The notes under the pieces were generated by a model. That model was not told the DNA's origin and did no database searches. It worked only from the letters and a program-made list of their open reading frames with translations. Both the position numbers and the translations under genes were made by a program. From a bacterium (GTDB lineage: Bacteria; UBA8248), in assembly GCA_965200245.1 (NCBI GenBank), contig CBDATS010000005.1, positions 256,001 to 320,000 of the forward strand: a stretch of DNA of 64,000 nucleotides. The letters are read 5' to 3'. The stretch's first letter is position 1. The number at the start of each line of letters is the position of its first letter. Shown piece after piece: positions 1 through 9,898 of the stretch.

Positions 1-1
1 C

Positions 2-694
2 TTCGACGTATTCGAGGTCGAAACCGGACCGCGCATGACAGTGCTCGACGCCTTGGTCGCCGTCCAGAGTTCGCAGGACGCCACGCTGTCTTTCCGTTAC
101 TCCTGCCGTGTGGGCATGTGCGGAACCTGCGCACTGGAAATAAACGGTCGCCCTGCCTGGGCATGCAGGACACGGCTTGAGGGACTCGGTGATGAAATAA
201 CGCTTGAGCCGCTCACCAATTTCCCGGTGATTCGCGATCTGGCAGTCGACATGTCACTGTTTTTCGAAAAGATGAAACGAGCGCGTGGATGGCTCGAACC
301 GAACAAGGCGGCGCAGAACGCGCCAGCGCTCATCCCGCCCAACTCGCGCGAACGCAAGCGCATCGAGTCACACATCGAATGCATCACGTGCGGCATCTGC
401 TATGCTTCTTGTTCCATTGCAGGGCATGATAGCGATTACTTGGGGCCTGCAGCGCTCAACCGCGCCTACACGCTCGTGAATGACAGCCGAGACGACTTAA
501 GGCCAGAGAGACTTCTGGAAGTTTGTACCGAGGACGGCGCATGGCGCTGCCACTCGCAATATAACTGCACCGAGAGTTGCCCAAAGGGCATCAGTCCTAC
601 AGGTGCCATCAAGGGACTCAAGCGCCGCGCCGTGACGGGTGGCGTCAGACAATTCGCCGCATCCATCTTCCGGGGCCGTGCGCCCGGCGCATGA
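2..694 (+). CDS. sdhB: Succinate dehydrogenase/fumarate reductase iron-sulfur subunit (5'-partial)
   Basis: SCRVGMCGTC 2Fe-2S motif, CITCGICYASC and CHSQYNCTESCP clusters; frame is open to the window start. Confidence 0.88.
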   Translation, partial: FDVFEVETGPRMTVLDALVAVQSSQDATLSFRYSCRVGMCGTCALEINGRPAWACRTRLEGLGDEITLEPLTNFPVIRDLAVDMSLFFEKMKRARGWLEPNKAAQNAPALIPPNSRERKRIESHIECITCGICYASCSIAGHDSDYLGPAALNRAYTLVNDSRDDLRPERLLEVCTEDGAWRCHSQYNCTESCPKGISPTGAIKGLKRRAVTGGVRQFAASIFRGRAPGA

Positions 695-713
695 GAACGT
701 GGAGGACATCCAA

Positions 714-1664
714 ATGCCGACCGTGGAAACGCAAGCCATCAGCAGCGAACTGATCAGGGAAGTGGCCTTCGAGCTCAATCGCCGCGCCGCCATCGGAATC
801 CCCAAAGACGTGGGCGATTCCATCGCCGACATGGCCGAGCGCGAAACCCAGAAACTCTCGAAGTTCGTGCTGCTCGAAATTGTCAACAACTACAAGGTGG
901 CCGTGGACGAGCAGCGGCCCATGTGCGCCGACACGGGGCTTCCACGCTTTTACGCAAAAATCGGAAACGACGCCGCCATCAAGGGCGGATTCGTGGCGCT
1001 GGAGCGATCCATCCGACAGGGAACGGCGGACGCAACCGAGCGCGTTCCCCTGCGTCCGAACCGGGTGCATCCCATCACCCGGCATGATTACAATAACAAT
1101 GTCGGCATCCACGCCCCCACGGTGGATTATTCATGGGAACCGGACGTCGACTGGATAGAACTCACAAGCTTTCACAAGGGTGGCCTCTTCGGCGGGGACT
1201 ATCGGATGCTCTTCCCCACCGACGGGATCGACGGTATCAAGCGCTTCTTTCTCGATGTGATCAGCGAATTCTTCAAGCGCGGCCTTTCATGCCAGCCAGC
1301 AATCGTGGGAATCGGCATCGGCGGCACGAAGGACACCTGCGTGCGGCTCGCCAAGGAAGCGGCGTGTCTTCGCGTGGTGGGGGACAGGAACCCGGATCCC
1401 CAGATCGCGGAACTGGAAGGGGACCTGAACGAACTGGGCCGGAGGACAAGCCTGGGCCCCATGGGCTTCAAGGGCGAGGGCGCGGTGATGGACACCCACA
1501 TCGAGGTGGCCTACACCCACACGGGCGGAATGCCCATATCGATCCATCATCAGTGTTTTGCGCTCAGACGCGCCACCGCGCGGGTTCACCCCGACGGTAG
1601 CGTGGAATATCGCGAAAATCCCCTTTGGTTCACAGACTACTACCGCCGCGACGGAATAGCCTGA
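714..1664 (+). CDS. Fe-S hydro-lyase alpha subunit (class I fumarate hydratase/tartrate dehydratase family)
   Basis: PMCADTG, LSCQPAIVGIGIGG and GPMGFKG motifs; GGAGG RBS before ATG 714. Confidence 0.85.
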   Translation: MPTVETQAISSELIREVAFELNRRAAIGIPKDVGDSIADMAERETQKLSKFVLLEIVNNYKVAVDEQRPMCADTGLPRFYAKIGNDAAIKGGFVALERSIRQGTADATERVPLRPNRVHPITRHDYNNNVGIHAPTVDYSWEPDVDWIELTSFHKGGLFGGDYRMLFPTDGIDGIKRFFLDVISEFFKRGLSCQPAIVGIGIGGTKDTCVRLAKEAACLRVVGDRNPDPQIAELEGDLNELGRRTSLGPMGFKGEGAVMDTHIEVAYTHTGGMPISIHHQCFALRRATARVHPDGSVEYRENPLWFTDYYRRDGIA

Positions 1665-1686
1665 GCGGCGCGGGAGGCTTCTGAAT

Positions 1687-2370
1687 ATGAGCGGCACCGC
1701 AGACCTGGAAATGAATGAACATTACCTCTCAACGCCCGCCTCGCCGGAAGATCTTGCGAAGCTCGAACTGGGCGACGTCGTCTATTTCGACGGCCTGGTA
1801 TTCACCGGCAGAATCGGCCTCTACAAGAAACTCTTTGACGAAAAAGCAACCCCGCCGGTGGACATCGCCTCGCTCACGAACGTGACGTTCCACTGCTCGC
1901 CCGCCGTGGGGCGAAACGAAGCAGGCGATTGGGAAGTGGCTGCCGTCACGGCCACGGCGAGTTTTCGCTTCGAGAAACACCTCCCCCTTCTGATGGACGG
2001 GCACGGAGTGCGCTGCGTCATCGGAAAGGGCGGTATGGCACAAAAATTCTACGAGGACCACTTCAAGCGGCTGGGCGCAGTGTTCCTTAACACGGTGGGC
2101 TACGGCATCGGTGCACAGTACGGGCGTGGCATCACGGGTGTGAGGAACGTCTATTGGCTCGATGAACTTGGCATCGCGCAGGCCATGTGGGTGTTCGAAG
2201 TAAAAGGTTTCGGCCCGTTTCTTGTGGAATGCGACGCCCGGGGCAACAGCCTCTACCAGATGGCACTCGCCGAGACGAACGAGGAACTTGGCAAGCTCTA
2301 CGAGGGATTGCCGCTTCCCACGCTCAAGCGCTTGGGCGAGGTCCACAACCCCGAAGACGAGGTATTCTGA
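1687..2370 (+). CDS. Fe-S hydro-lyase beta subunit (fumarate hydratase C-terminal family)
   Basis: LELGDVVYFDG..FTGR, IGKGGM, GPFLVECDARGNSLY; adjacent to the alpha subunit. Confidence 0.85.
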   Translation: MSGTADLEMNEHYLSTPASPEDLAKLELGDVVYFDGLVFTGRIGLYKKLFDEKATPPVDIASLTNVTFHCSPAVGRNEAGDWEVAAVTATASFRFEKHLPLLMDGHGVRCVIGKGGMAQKFYEDHFKRLGAVFLNTVGYGIGAQYGRGITGVRNVYWLDELGIAQAMWVFEVKGFGPFLVECDARGNSLYQMALAETNEELGKLYEGLPLPTLKRLGEVHNPEDEVF

Positions 2371-2414
2371 CACCTTCCCGGAAATTGAACGGCAACACCA
2401 ACGAGAGGATGGAA

Positions 2415-3422
2415 ATGTCGAAAGGAATTGCCTGGGTCACTACAAGTTGGCTGAGCAGCCTCGAAGACCCGATGCGCCACTTCCGGCGGCTCGAAACCGA
2501 AGCAGATCTGGAGGTGAGAATAGAATCGAACGGCTTGGACAAGACGGAAGAAGAACTCATCGCCACCCTTCCCGGCGTGGTTGTCACCTTTCCAAGTAAC
2601 GACCCCTACAACGAGCGCACCCTTGCAGCGGCGTCACACTTGAAACACATCGCCAGAACAGGAGTAGGCTTCAACTCCGTCGACCTGGAGGCCGCCACGC
2701 GCCACGGGGTAGTCGTCACCAACGCGCCGGGCCAGAATTCTGACTCCGTGGCCGAGCACACCATCGGTCTCATGCTTTGTATCGCACGGAAAATCGCCCT
2801 GTGCGACAAGAAAATGCGCGCGGGCGAGTGGGCGGATTTGCGAGTACCCTTATCACCGCTTCGAGGCAAAACGCTGGGCATGATCGGGTTGGGCGACATC
2901 GGCAAGCGCGTGGCGAGGCGCGCCGTGGCCTTTGGCATGGAGGTCATCGCCCATGATGTTGTACGAGATGAACGATTCGCCGCTGAGGTGGGCATTTTCT
3001 ATGAATCTCGTGAAGAGGTGACGCGCCGGGCGGATTTCATCACCTGCCACGTGCCACTGAACGACTCGACGCGCGGCATGGTGGACGAGAAATTTCTCTC
3101 CGCCATGAAACCGAGCGCCTATTTCATCAACACCTCACGCGGCCCCGTAGTGGACCTCGACGCCGCCGCCACGGCTTTGGAGCGCGGTATCATCCAAGGC
3201 GCGGCACTCGATGTTTTTCCGAACGAACCAGTCGATTACCGCCACCGCATCTTTTCGCTCGACAATGTCGTCCTTACCCCTCACATCGCCGGCCTGGGCG
3301 AGGACGCTTGTGAACTGTCGCTCGAGTTCGCCGTCGCCGCCGCGCTCGACGTCATCGCCGGAAGGTGTCCGGCGGGGCTTCTCAATCCGGATGTACTGGA
3401 AAAAGCGGGCATCAAGGACTAG
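2415..3422 (+). CDS. D-isomer-specific 2-hydroxyacid dehydrogenase (phosphoglycerate dehydrogenase-like)
   Basis: GLGDIG Rossmann motif, INTSRG, ALDVFPNEP, LTPHIAG. Confidence 0.88.
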   Translation: MSKGIAWVTTSWLSSLEDPMRHFRRLETEADLEVRIESNGLDKTEEELIATLPGVVVTFPSNDPYNERTLAAASHLKHIARTGVGFNSVDLEAATRHGVVVTNAPGQNSDSVAEHTIGLMLCIARKIALCDKKMRAGEWADLRVPLSPLRGKTLGMIGLGDIGKRVARRAVAFGMEVIAHDVVRDERFAAEVGIFYESREEVTRRADFITCHVPLNDSTRGMVDEKFLSAMKPSAYFINTSRGPVVDLDAAATALERGIIQGAALDVFPNEPVDYRHRIFSLDNVVLTPHIAGLGEDACELSLEFAVAAALDVIAGRCPAGLLNPDVLEKAGIKD

Positions 3423-3491
3423 AGTGAACCGTCGCCCTGTTCCCGACTCGACAGGTATCATACAGTCAGCCGCCATATCGAGGAAGAATCC

Positions 3492-4889
3492 ATGCGGAAC
3501 ACAAAGAAACTGCGGGCCATCCTGATCGCCGCCTGTCTCCTCCTGCTTCTCGCCGCACCGTATCCAGGGGCCGACGCCAAGGCGGAGAACGCCCTGCGCG
3601 TTCCGTGGAAGGTGACCGAACACAGGATGAAGAACGGAATGCGCGCCCTTCTATTGCCCGACAACAGCGCACCCATGGTAGTCATGAAGATTTGGTACGC
3701 CGTCGGAAGCCGCGACGAGCAGCCCGGTCTCACGGGAATGGCTCATTTTCTGGAACACATGATGTTTCGCGGCACGAAGAAATACGGCCCAAAGGTATTC
3801 AGCGAGATCGTCAAGAAAAACGGTGGTACGCACAACGCGTTCACGAGTTTCGACTACACCGCGTACTATGAGCGTATCGCTTCGGACAGGCTGGAACTCA
3901 TCATCGAACTAGAAGCCGACCGCATGGTGAACATGATTCTCGAAAAAACAGGCTTCGATGCAGAGAAAGACGTGGTGCACGAGGAAAGACGTACCTATGA
4001 CGACCGTCCGTCGCACATGTTCTGGGAACAACTCCGGGCTGTCGCCTACACAAACCACCCCTACAAGAACCCGATTCTCGGTTGGCCCGGGGACGTGGAG
4101 GCCATCACTATCAAGGACATGGAGGCGTTCTACAAGCGCTTCTACAGCCCGGAGAATGCCACGGCCGTTCTGGTGGGCGACTTCAGAGTGGAAGAAGCTA
4201 TCGCGCTTCTCGAAAAGCATTTCGGGAAAATCCCCAAATCCCCGATCTTCAGGAAAAGGTCGAAACTCGTTGAGTTCCCCCAGAAGTCCGAGCGCAGGGT
4301 GTACGTGCGCGCGGCCGCGCAGCTTCCCTACGTGGCGATCGCCTATCACGCCCCCAACTGGAAGAGCGAGGACGCGCCCGCCCTCGTGATGCTGGAGGCC
4401 ATACTCGGCGGCGGAGAGACCTCGCGGGTCCACCAGAGGCTGGTCCGCATGGACACCATCGCCCTGGCCGCGGGTACGGATTACACCTACGTCTCCGCAG
4501 ACCCGATGGCCTTTTATTTATACGCCAGGCTGGCGCCCGGCAAGAAGGCCTCCGATGCCGAGAAGGCCCTGCTCGAGGAGGTGGAAAAACTCATCGAAAA
4601 AGGCGTGACGGACGAGGAATTCCGTCGCGCGCTCAGGAGCATCGAGGCGAACACGGTTTTCGCTATGGACTCGCATTACTACCGCGCGAGTCTCCTCGGC
4701 CGGGCGGCGATTGCGGGCGATTGGCGTCTACTCGAGGGCTACCTGCCCGCCCTCAGGAAAGTGACGCCCGCCGATGTGGTCCGCGTCGCGAAAAAATATC
4801 TGAACCACAACAACAAGACCACCGCCGTGCTCATACCAACCAAGAAAAACCGCCGCGCCAGTGCCGCCAAAAGCCGGGGAGGAAGCTAG
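3492..4889 (+). CDS. M16 family zinc peptidase, catalytic subunit, with signal peptide
   Basis: HFLEH (HxxEH), NAFTSFDYTAY, hydrophobic N-terminus. Confidence 0.92.
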   Translation: MRNTKKLRAILIAACLLLLLAAPYPGADAKAENALRVPWKVTEHRMKNGMRALLLPDNSAPMVVMKIWYAVGSRDEQPGLTGMAHFLEHMMFRGTKKYGPKVFSEIVKKNGGTHNAFTSFDYTAYYERIASDRLELIIELEADRMVNMILEKTGFDAEKDVVHEERRTYDDRPSHMFWEQLRAVAYTNHPYKNPILGWPGDVEAITIKDMEAFYKRFYSPENATAVLVGDFRVEEAIALLEKHFGKIPKSPIFRKRSKLVEFPQKSERRVYVRAAAQLPYVAIAYHAPNWKSEDAPALVMLEAILGGGETSRVHQRLVRMDTIALAAGTDYTYVSADPMAFYLYARLAPGKKASDAEKALLEEVEKLIEKGVTDEEFRRALRSIEANTVFAMDSHYYRASLLGRAAIAGDWRLLEGYLPALRKVTPADVVRVAKKYLNHNNKTTAVLIPTKKNRRASAAKSRGGS

Positions 4890-4890
4890 C

Positions 4891-6222
4891 ATGAAACTCT
4901 ACCGCATTCTTTGGACACTCGCTGCCGTTCTGCTCCTCTCGCCCGCTGTGGCGGACGCAGACATCATGACTTACGAACGCGAGGAATTGCCCGGCGGCGG
5001 CGTATTGCTGGTCAAACAACACAAACAGCTACCCATGGTGCGAGTTGCCGTCTCGATTCCCGCGGGCGCACACCATGAGACGCCCGAACAGGCTGGGCTC
5101 GCGAACCTGACCGCCACCCTCCTCGCCCGGGGCACGAAAACGAGAAACGCCTCCGATATCGAGAAAACGAATGACTCCCTGGGCGGCGGGGTGGGTGCCG
5201 AGACCGACCGCGCGCGCGCGAAGGTCTCAATGCGCGTGCTGACGCGGGACTTGGATGAGGGCCTCTCCCTGCTGGGCGATGTGCTCAGGAACCCTGTCTT
5301 CCCTGCAGAGGAGATAGAAAAAACGAAAAAACGTATCCTGGGTAGCCTCCGAAGGCAGCGCGAGCGACCCAGCCACCTGGCGAACAAGATGCTCCGGAAA
5401 AGTCTTTTCGGCGAAACCCCCTACGGCCGTCAGGTGGAGGGAACGGAGGCATCGATCAAGAATCTACGCAGAGAGGACCTCCTCCACTTCCACAAAAAAT
5501 GGTACGGCATGAAGGGGGCGATCTTCGTCTTCGTGGGCGACGTTTCACGCAAGCGCGCACGGGAACTCGTTCTGGCCCGCTTCAAGAACTGGCGGGCGGA
5601 GGGAGGCAAGCTCCCCGGGATGACACCCCCCGCTGCGCCGAAAAAGATGCAGGTGGTCAAGCTCGACCGTCCGCTTTCCCAAACTACCGTGATTCTGGGT
5701 AGCCGCTCTCTAAAGCGCACGGATCCGGATTTCTACGCCGCGCGCGTAATGAACTACATTCTGGGCGGAGGCGGCTTTTCCAGCAGGATCATGGACAACC
5801 TGAGAGAAGACAAGGGTCTCGTATACAGCGTCTATAGCTATTTCGCCTCGGGTCGTCACGCTGGCCACTGGCGGCTTGTCCTGCAGACGAAGAACAAGAC
5901 CGCGAATGAGGCCATCCACGAGGCTATCGCGGAGGTTAATCGCATCCAAGAAAAAGGCGTGAGTGACAAGGAGCTTCAAGACGCCAAGGACTTCTTGACA
6001 GGTAACTTCGCCACGCGCTTCGGCTCGTCAGGCCGCATTGCGGGCTATATTCTCGCGGTGGAGATTCTGGGTTTCTCACCCGGCTATGCGGATGAGTATC
6101 TCAGGAAAATTCGCGCCGTCACCAGGGAGCAAATCCTCGCTGCAGCGAGAAAACATATCAGGCTCAATGAGTCCACCCTCGCCGTGGTGGGGAATTTGAG
6201 CGAGGCAAAGCTCGCCTATTGA
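4891..6222 (+). CDS. M16 family peptidase, non-catalytic partner subunit
   Basis: Lacks HxxEH; has ILGGGGFSSR..LREDKGLVY (R/Y pair); signal peptide; 1 nt after the partner's stop. Confidence 0.9.
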   Translation: MKLYRILWTLAAVLLLSPAVADADIMTYEREELPGGGVLLVKQHKQLPMVRVAVSIPAGAHHETPEQAGLANLTATLLARGTKTRNASDIEKTNDSLGGGVGAETDRARAKVSMRVLTRDLDEGLSLLGDVLRNPVFPAEEIEKTKKRILGSLRRQRERPSHLANKMLRKSLFGETPYGRQVEGTEASIKNLRREDLLHFHKKWYGMKGAIFVFVGDVSRKRARELVLARFKNWRAEGGKLPGMTPPAAPKKMQVVKLDRPLSQTTVILGSRSLKRTDPDFYAARVMNYILGGGGFSSRIMDNLREDKGLVYSVYSYFASGRHAGHWRLVLQTKNKTANEAIHEAIAEVNRIQEKGVSDKELQDAKDFLTGNFATRFGSSGRIAGYILAVEILGFSPGYADEYLRKIRAVTREQILAAARKHIRLNESTLAVVGNLSEAKLAY

Positions 6223-6251
6223 GACGCGCAGGCTTTTGAAGAGGAAACAGG

Positions 6252-6647
6252 ATGAAACGTGAAACGATAACTTCCGATACGCTGGCCGCACCCGCCGGGC
6301 ACTTCTCGCACGGGGTTGTCACCGAGGGCGGACGTACGCTCTACGTGGCAGGCCAGACACCTCTCGACGAGTACGGCAACCTCGTCTGCCCGGGCGACCC
6401 CGAGGGTCAGGCACGCCAGTGTTACCAGAACATCGAGAAGGTCATCCAGGCCGCTGGCGGGCGTATGGCGGATACGGCGAAAATCCAGGTCTTTGTGACG
6501 AGTCTCGACTACAGGGCTGCCGTCGGCAAAGTTCGGGCCGAGTTCTTTCCCAATGACCCGCCGGTGAGCACGTTTCTGGTGGTATCGAGTCTGGCCGAAC
6601 CCGCTTTTCTCGTGGAAGTCGAGGCGGTCGTTCCTCTGCCCGATTAA
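6252..6647 (+). CDS. RidA/YjgF family protein
   Basis: LYVAGQ, PPVST, LVEVEAV. Confidence 0.88.
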   Translation: MKRETITSDTLAAPAGHFSHGVVTEGGRTLYVAGQTPLDEYGNLVCPGDPEGQARQCYQNIEKVIQAAGGRMADTAKIQVFVTSLDYRAAVGKVRAEFFPNDPPVSTFLVVSSLAEPAFLVEVEAVVPLPD

Positions 6648-6659
6648 GAGAACGAACCA

Positions 6660-7049
6660 GTGAACGTAAATACCACCCTGCGCTGGGTGCTCGCACTCGG
6701 AGTCATGACGGGGATTCATCTGTTGACAGCGGCTAGCGGGCAGAATCCCTCCTCTGCCCTGCCGGTCGGGGTGGACAAAATCATACACGTCTGCGAATTT
6801 GGGCTCCTTGGCTTTCTACTCTGGCGGCCATGGCGGGAGACGTTTCCCCACTGGGCCGAGGGAAGGACAGCTCTTTTTGTCTTTGCGCTCACTGCTTTGA
6901 ACGGCTTGGGCGACGAGTTGCACCAGGTATTTCTCCCCCACCGGACCGCTACATGGGGAGACGTCGCGGCGGACGCCGCTGGAGGCGGGGTTGCCGTCTT
7001 GTGGTGTCTACACCGCGAGAAGGGCCGGCCCACAGTAAGACCGCAATAA
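6660..7049 (+). CDS. VanZ family membrane protein
   Basis: DKIIH..EFGLL, DELHQVFLPHRTA..DVAAD. Confidence 0.85.
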   Translation: MNVNTTLRWVLALGVMTGIHLLTAASGQNPSSALPVGVDKIIHVCEFGLLGFLLWRPWRETFPHWAEGRTALFVFALTALNGLGDELHQVFLPHRTATWGDVAADAAGGGVAVLWCLHREKGRPTVRPQ

Positions 7050-7063
7050 GCAGGAGGAACCCG

Positions 7064-7513
7064 ATGGCCAGCATTCGAGAAACACTCACCGAAGACATGA
7101 AGTCCGCCATGCACGCAAAGGAGACGCTCAGGCTCTCCACCATCCGGATGGTTCGCTCCGAAATTTTGAACAAGGACAAGGAAAGCGGCGAAGAAACATC
7201 ACCCGAAGATATTCTCAAACTGCTCCAAAGTATGGTAAAGAAACGAGAGGAAGCTGCCGAGCATTACGTAGCCGCTGACCGCGAGGACATGGCCCGGAAA
7301 GAACGAGACGAGATTCAGATCATCCTGGGTTATCTCCCCTCGCAGATGGAAGATTCAGAAATTGAAGCAACAGCCCAGGCGATCATCGAGGAAACCGGGG
7401 CCTCCACGATGAAGGATATGGGTAGGATAATGGGAATTCTCACACGTGAACTGGCCGGGCGCGCCACGGGTGCCCGGATATCCCAGGCAGTACGGAAACT
7501 CCTGGGCTCATAA
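7064..7513 (+). CDS. GatB/YqeY domain protein
   Basis: DMKSAM..LSTIRM, YLPSQM, MKDMGRIMG; AGGAGG RBS. Confidence 0.9.
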   Translation: MASIRETLTEDMKSAMHAKETLRLSTIRMVRSEILNKDKESGEETSPEDILKLLQSMVKKREEAAEHYVAADREDMARKERDEIQIILGYLPSQMEDSEIEATAQAIIEETGASTMKDMGRIMGILTRELAGRATGARISQAVRKLLGS

Positions 7514-7528
7514 TAAGGAGGTCTCCAG

Positions 7529-7924
7529 ATGAAAAAGCCTGCCTATCGCCTAGAAGATGTCGCTACAGCGTATCAATGCGACCCCGAGCAGGAGGAGATC
7601 ATCTCCGCTCTGGCCGAGCGCGATTATCGCGTATTCGAGGTCGAGCAACCCGCCGGAGCTTTCGTGCCCTACCACACGCATAATGAAGAAGAAGCCGTGA
7701 TCGTCATCGAGGGCCAGATGCAGTTCAACGTGGAAGAAGAACTCGTCCTCGTTCAACAGGGCGAGGTGATCACCATCCGCGAAGAAGCCATCCACAGTGC
7801 CGCCCAGGTGGGCGAGGAGAAGGCGAAGCTTCTGCTCGCCTTCCCGAACGACGGAAGCGACCCGCCAGTCATCGACCTTGACTTGGACGGCGATGAAGAG
7901 GATGACAGCCTCGGCTACGCCTGA
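7529..7924 (+). CDS. Cupin domain protein
   Basis: PYHTHNEEE..VIEG, HSA. Confidence 0.8.
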   Translation: MKKPAYRLEDVATAYQCDPEQEEIISALAERDYRVFEVEQPAGAFVPYHTHNEEEAVIVIEGQMQFNVEEELVLVQQGEVITIREEAIHSAAQVGEEKAKLLLAFPNDGSDPPVIDLDLDGDEEDDSLGYA

Positions 7925-8369
7925 GTCCAACTACTTCGCATACGGGGCAAACCTGCACATCGCCCAAATGAAAGCCTTATGTCCGAAAAGCGTACCTGTA
8001 TGCCCTGCGCGCCTGGAGGACTATCGCCTCACCATAGCCCTGCCCGCCGCAGCGCGCGGAAACCAGCCCGGCTGGGCCACAGTGACACCCGAGAAAGGTG
8101 CCGAGACGCCGGGCGCCCTGTTCCACCTTCATCCAGACGACTTGAAAGCACTCGACCATTTCGAGGATTACCCGGCACTCTACGGACGCGAAGAGGTGGA
8201 AATCCTGACAGCGGAAGGACGTCACAGGGCCATGCTCTACGTGATGCGGCATCCCTTGCGGGCGGCGCACCCAACAACGCACTATGTCGAGACACTCCGG
8301 CAGGGATACCGGGATTTCGACCTGCCCATAGAAGTGCTGGAGGGCGTTTTGGGGGAATCTTATTACTGA
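7902..8369 (+). CDS. Gamma-glutamylcyclotransferase family protein
   Basis: YFAYGANL, LDHFEDYP..Y. Confidence 0.85.
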   Translation: MTASATPESNYFAYGANLHIAQMKALCPKSVPVCPARLEDYRLTIALPAAARGNQPGWATVTPEKGAETPGALFHLHPDDLKALDHFEDYPALYGREEVEILTAEGRHRAMLYVMRHPLRAAHPTTHYVETLRQGYRDFDLPIEVLEGVLGESYY

Positions 8370-8711
8370 ATCGTATCCAGGGAGTAGAACCGCCGATAAC
8401 CCAACGTCGGTCAGAAGCCCTTGCTAACTGCCGGCGAAAGGCCAGGCTGCAGCCTCAAGACATCCCACGAACAAAGCCGCCTGTTGGAATTCCATCATTT
8501 CCCGCTCTTCTTCACTATACCTGAGTTGAACCCGGATATACTGTTCTGCCGAAGCTACGGGAACCATATCTTCTGGCCTTGTTCCCACCCCCGTAATATA
8601 CGTCCCATAATGTATTCAATAATTCCTTCCATGAAGTTCAGGTGAAGTTGGTGAGTCATTACCAGCATTTTCGAAAAAAGGGACCTGATATTTTGCTACC
8701 ACCCCACAACT

Positions 8712-8966
8712 CTAATACGGCCACAAATATCCGCCGCCACTGGCGTCTTTCAACTGTTCATCGGTGAGCCGGGACGGAGGCGGAAGGACGAGATAGCTGT
8801 TCTCGGCGTCGTCTTCCATCACATGCAGGTTGAAATTCTCCGGCATCGTTACCCCGAACTCCTCCGATATCACGGCCTTCGGTTCAGAAATCAGACGGGC
8901 GCGGAACTCCTCGCTGTCGCCTGCCTTCTCGATCAGATGCTCGCGCACCTCGGTTACGGATTTCAC
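8712..8966 (-). CDS. NHLP (nitrile hydratase-like leader) RiPP precursor, predicted core GYLWPY
   Basis: LIEKA..SEEFRARLISEPKAVI, YLVLPP, LTDEQLKDASGG double-Gly cleavage motif; AAAGGAG RBS before GTG 8966. Confidence 0.85.
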   Translation of the reverse strand: MKSVTEVREHLIEKAGDSEEFRARLISEPKAVISEEFGVTMPENFNLHVMEDDAENSYLVLPPPSRLTDEQLKDASGGGYLWPY

Positions 8967-9388
8967 TCTGGTCTCCTTTCCTGAGGAAATGGGTATGGGT
9001 GGATCCCTCCGATTACTTTTTGTATCGTTGTCATGAGCAGGGTATGGGATATTCCGGCGGGAAAGAAAGAAATTATTGACGTTTTTCTGGTGAGGAGCAG
9101 GCTTCCGCCCGGGAAATCGGTGGCCGAAATATCCTTTTTCCCAAAATGAGGTCGTTATGTCCCCTCCTCCTGTCTGCAAAAGACATTCCCTGTCTTGCAG
9201 GAAAGAGTCACGAGGACTTCCGCACACAAATTTCGGAGATGACAGTGATGTCCGTCTGCATGAAATCCAGGGATGTGGTTAAGGCGCGGTACGCAAGATG
9301 AAGGTATTCAGGCTTGCGGATTTAAGTATACAATTCCCAAACAAAGAACAAAAAACCTGCCTCCTGGCCGCAAAAGTGTCAGGGCGTC

Positions 9389-9874
9389 CTAGAAGTCACC
9401 CTTCTCCTGCAAATAAGGCACGAGGCCACCCGCCTCGATCATCGCCCAAAGACCACCGGGAAAAGGCGTGAAGGTGATGGTCTCATCTCCCACACGGGCC
9501 TCTCCGGCCACAGGGTCGACTTCAATTTCATCACCCGCCCGGATGGCGTCAGTATCGCACGTGATGACGGGAAGCCCTGAATTGATGGCATTTCGGTAGA
9601 ACATGTGCCCGAAACTCTTGGCGAGTACGCAGCTCACACCGAGTTCCCTGAGCACCACAGCAGAATCCTGACGGCTGCTGACGAGGCCGAAGTTCTCCCC
9701 CGCTACCACCAAGTCGCCTGGTTGCACATTCCGGGAAAAATCAGGGTCGAGTTCCTTGAAGGCGTCTCGTTTGAGTTCTTCCATCGCAGTGCCCGGCGGG
9801 CGGTATTTGACGGACAGATGCATGTCGGTGCTTATATCGTCGCCGAAGCGGTGGACGCGTCCCCTAATCTCCAC
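9389..9874 (-). CDS. 3-isopropylmalate dehydratase/homoaconitase small subunit (LeuD/HacB-like)
   Basis: GDDISTD, VAGENFG..SSR, SFGHMFYRNAINSGLP. Confidence 0.88.
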   Translation of the reverse strand: MEIRGRVHRFGDDISTDMHLSVKYRPPGTAMEELKRDAFKELDPDFSRNVQPGDLVVAGENFGLVSSRQDSAVVLRELGVSCVLAKSFGHMFYRNAINSGLPVITCDTDAIRAGDEIEVDPVAGEARVGDETITFTPFPGGLWAMIEAGGLVPYLQEKGDF

Positions 9875-9898
9875 AATTCCAGTCTCCTCGTTGTACGC

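Noticed and set aside
8616-8714. Readthrough of the NHLP TAG into SCGVVAKYQVPFF.. as a longer core
   Set aside because: There is no independent support, and a ~30-codon open stretch is expected by chance.
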